Both the position numbers and the translations under genes were made by a program. From contig CAZDUQ010000005.1 of the NCBI GenBank assembly GCA_964508665.1, positions 1 to 26,096 of the forward strand: a stretch of 26,096 nt of DNA, in the 5' to 3' direction. The notes beneath the pieces are model-generated. The model saw only the letters and a program-made list of their open reading frames with translations, had not been told where the DNA came from and ran no database searches. Positions 24,593 to 26,096 of the stretch are shown here, one piece after another (positions within the stretch are counted from its first letter, which is position 1; each line of letters starts with the position of its first letter). The DNA comes from an uncultured Oscillospiraceae bacterium (GTDB taxonomy: Bacteria > Bacillota > Clostridia > Oscillospirales > Butyricicoccaceae).

Positions 24593-25926
24593 TTAGTAAT
24601 TAAAAATCTCCAAAACATATGTTTTCTTGGCGTAATTATCATACAGGCTATGAGCTCCCCTTATATTTTTGAACGTTTCGTTTACTTGTAATCCGTTTTG
24701 GGAAATCAATCCAGAATCAACTATACAACCGGTTTCTTTATCAGTCAAAGTCCAAGAACCTTTGATTGCGTATAGATTGCCTGTACCATTCCCGGTTTTA
24801 CCCCGCTAAAGTAGAAATCAATCTTTACTCCATTAGAATGTTCCTTAACCGTATATGTAACACTTGTAATTCTGGCCGATGAGTAAATTTCACCATTATA
24901 CTTATACCAAGCCACTTCCACAGGTAGATCTGGCAATTCGATGACAAGTCCAGTTTGTCCCGGAATGTTTGCGCGCCGTGCACTGGAGTAATCGCTGTAG
25001 GTTGTTTTGCCATTTGAAATTACATACGCGCGCACTTTGAACTGGTAGCTTTTTCCTGCTTCTCCACTAAATGTATATGTTCTCGTCTCGGCATTGGTGA
25101 TGGTTGTTATCTTTGTATAATCGCCATATTCACTTTCGGAAACATATAGTTCAAATCCACTTACCAATGTATCGTGGAAGCCCCAGGAAAGCGTGATTTG
25201 ATCGTCGACTACTGAGCTATCATAAAGCAGAGGCGTTGCAACGATAATGTCTTCAGTGGTATGATCATCCGGTTTTAGATTGCTTCCCTCAGAGGATTGC
25301 TCTGTGGTTGACGGCATCAATGTAAGGCCGATAGCTTGTGCAAGTGTGACCGCAAAACCGTTTAGCTTTACAGATAATGCGTTGTTTGAAATGATTGCCA
25401 CATCACCGCGCAAAAAAGGAATCCGATCAGACTTATATTGACTATTCGTCAGCCCGATACTGTCCGACAACTCCCACGCTTTATCCCACTGGAAGTCCGT
25501 GCCGCTCTCATAGCCAAGCGCGCGAAGGACAAAGGTGATGTACTGCGATGCGGAGATTGCCGTGCTGCCGCCAAAGGTCGTTGCGCCTGTGCCTGTGGTC
25601 AGCCCGTTTGCATAGGCATAGCCAACATAAGGCTTGGCCCAGTCCGCGACATCGGTAAAGGGGATATTCCAGGTGCCGGACTTTGCTTCCTCCTCTTTGC
25701 CCAGCAAGCGCACCAGCATGGTCACGGCCTCATTGCGGGTCGGCACTCGATCAAGGTCGAAATTTGGGGTTCCATCCGCATTGGTACCCGTTCCCTGAAA
25801 CAGCCCTAATTCGTAAAGCGCATTTGCCGCAGTGACCGCATCGTCACTTGCCGCAAGAGCCGTTGGAACAATCGCAGAAAACATTGCCAGGATCAGCACA
25901 AGACTAAGAATTCGTTTTCCTTTCAC
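24593..25926 (-). pseudogene. Secreted SLH + fibronectin-III surface protein with a 1-nt frameshift near 24797 (or a sequencing error)
   Basis: GTG 25926 after GAGGTG; signal peptide; SLH repeats (ALYELGLFQG, TRNEAVTMLVRLLG, PFTDVADWAKPYVGYAY); FN3 (ITLSW...YQFKVRAY). The frame stops at 24745, but a shifted frame continues TGNGTGNLYAIKGSWTL...YVLEIFNY to TAA at 24593. Confidence 0.75.
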
Positions 25927-26023
25927 TGTTGACACCTCATTTCATCAAATTTATTTATGGATAGCCGCATTCAGAGGCCTTTTTGCATGGCCGCCGTCCC
26001 CCCTTCTCGGCCTCTGATAAAAA

Positions 26024-26053
26024 GTGCGCCTACCGAAGCAGGCGCACAAAAAA
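26024..26053 (-). terminator. Intrinsic terminator upstream of the SLH-FN3 gene
   Basis: Minus strand GTGCGCCTG-CTTCGG-TAGGCGCAC-TTTTT (UUCG tetraloop). Confidence 0.7.
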
Positions 26054-26096
26054 CGCAAGCTCCGATAGTCGCCAAACTAACTGATATAAGAGCCCT

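Noticed and set aside
1-26096. CRISPR arrays, tRNA/rRNA genes, defence or toxin-antitoxin systems
   Set aside because: No regularly spaced repeats, RNA-gene signatures or recognisable defence domains seen.

Overview
GC-rich Clostridia-type (Oscillospiraceae-like) chromosomal segment. Left to right: the 5' part of a secreted SLH-domain gene running off the left edge; a DnaD-domain gene fused to the Zn-binding N-terminus of a DnaC/DnaI-like loader but lacking the ATPase; the housekeeping run glmU-prs-pth-(amidohydrolase)-mfd-PrsA-like lipoprotein; a DUF378 gene; and a tight operon of PHP phosphatase, ispE, serine hydrolase, DUF3842, a P-loop/AlaX-like protein, ruvX, nitroreductase and a small membrane protein. 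From ~16.2 to ~23.9 kb is a lower-GC accessory island (AbrB-family membrane protein, LysR, YtcJ-like amidohydrolase, AbgT transporter, M20 hydrolase, small Zn-ribbon membrane protein). A GC-rich cupin gene follows, then a second lower-GC segment with a frameshifted SLH-FN3 surface protein. I found no rRNA, tRNA, CRISPR, transposase or integrase. Best leads: the P-loop + editing-domain protein upstream of ruvX, the LysR-linked AbgT/amidohydrolase/M20 island of unknown substrate, a GlmU with a degenerate uridyltransferase domain, the DnaD-loader fusion, and a probable ATT start on pth. All family calls come from motif recognition only; no searches were run.
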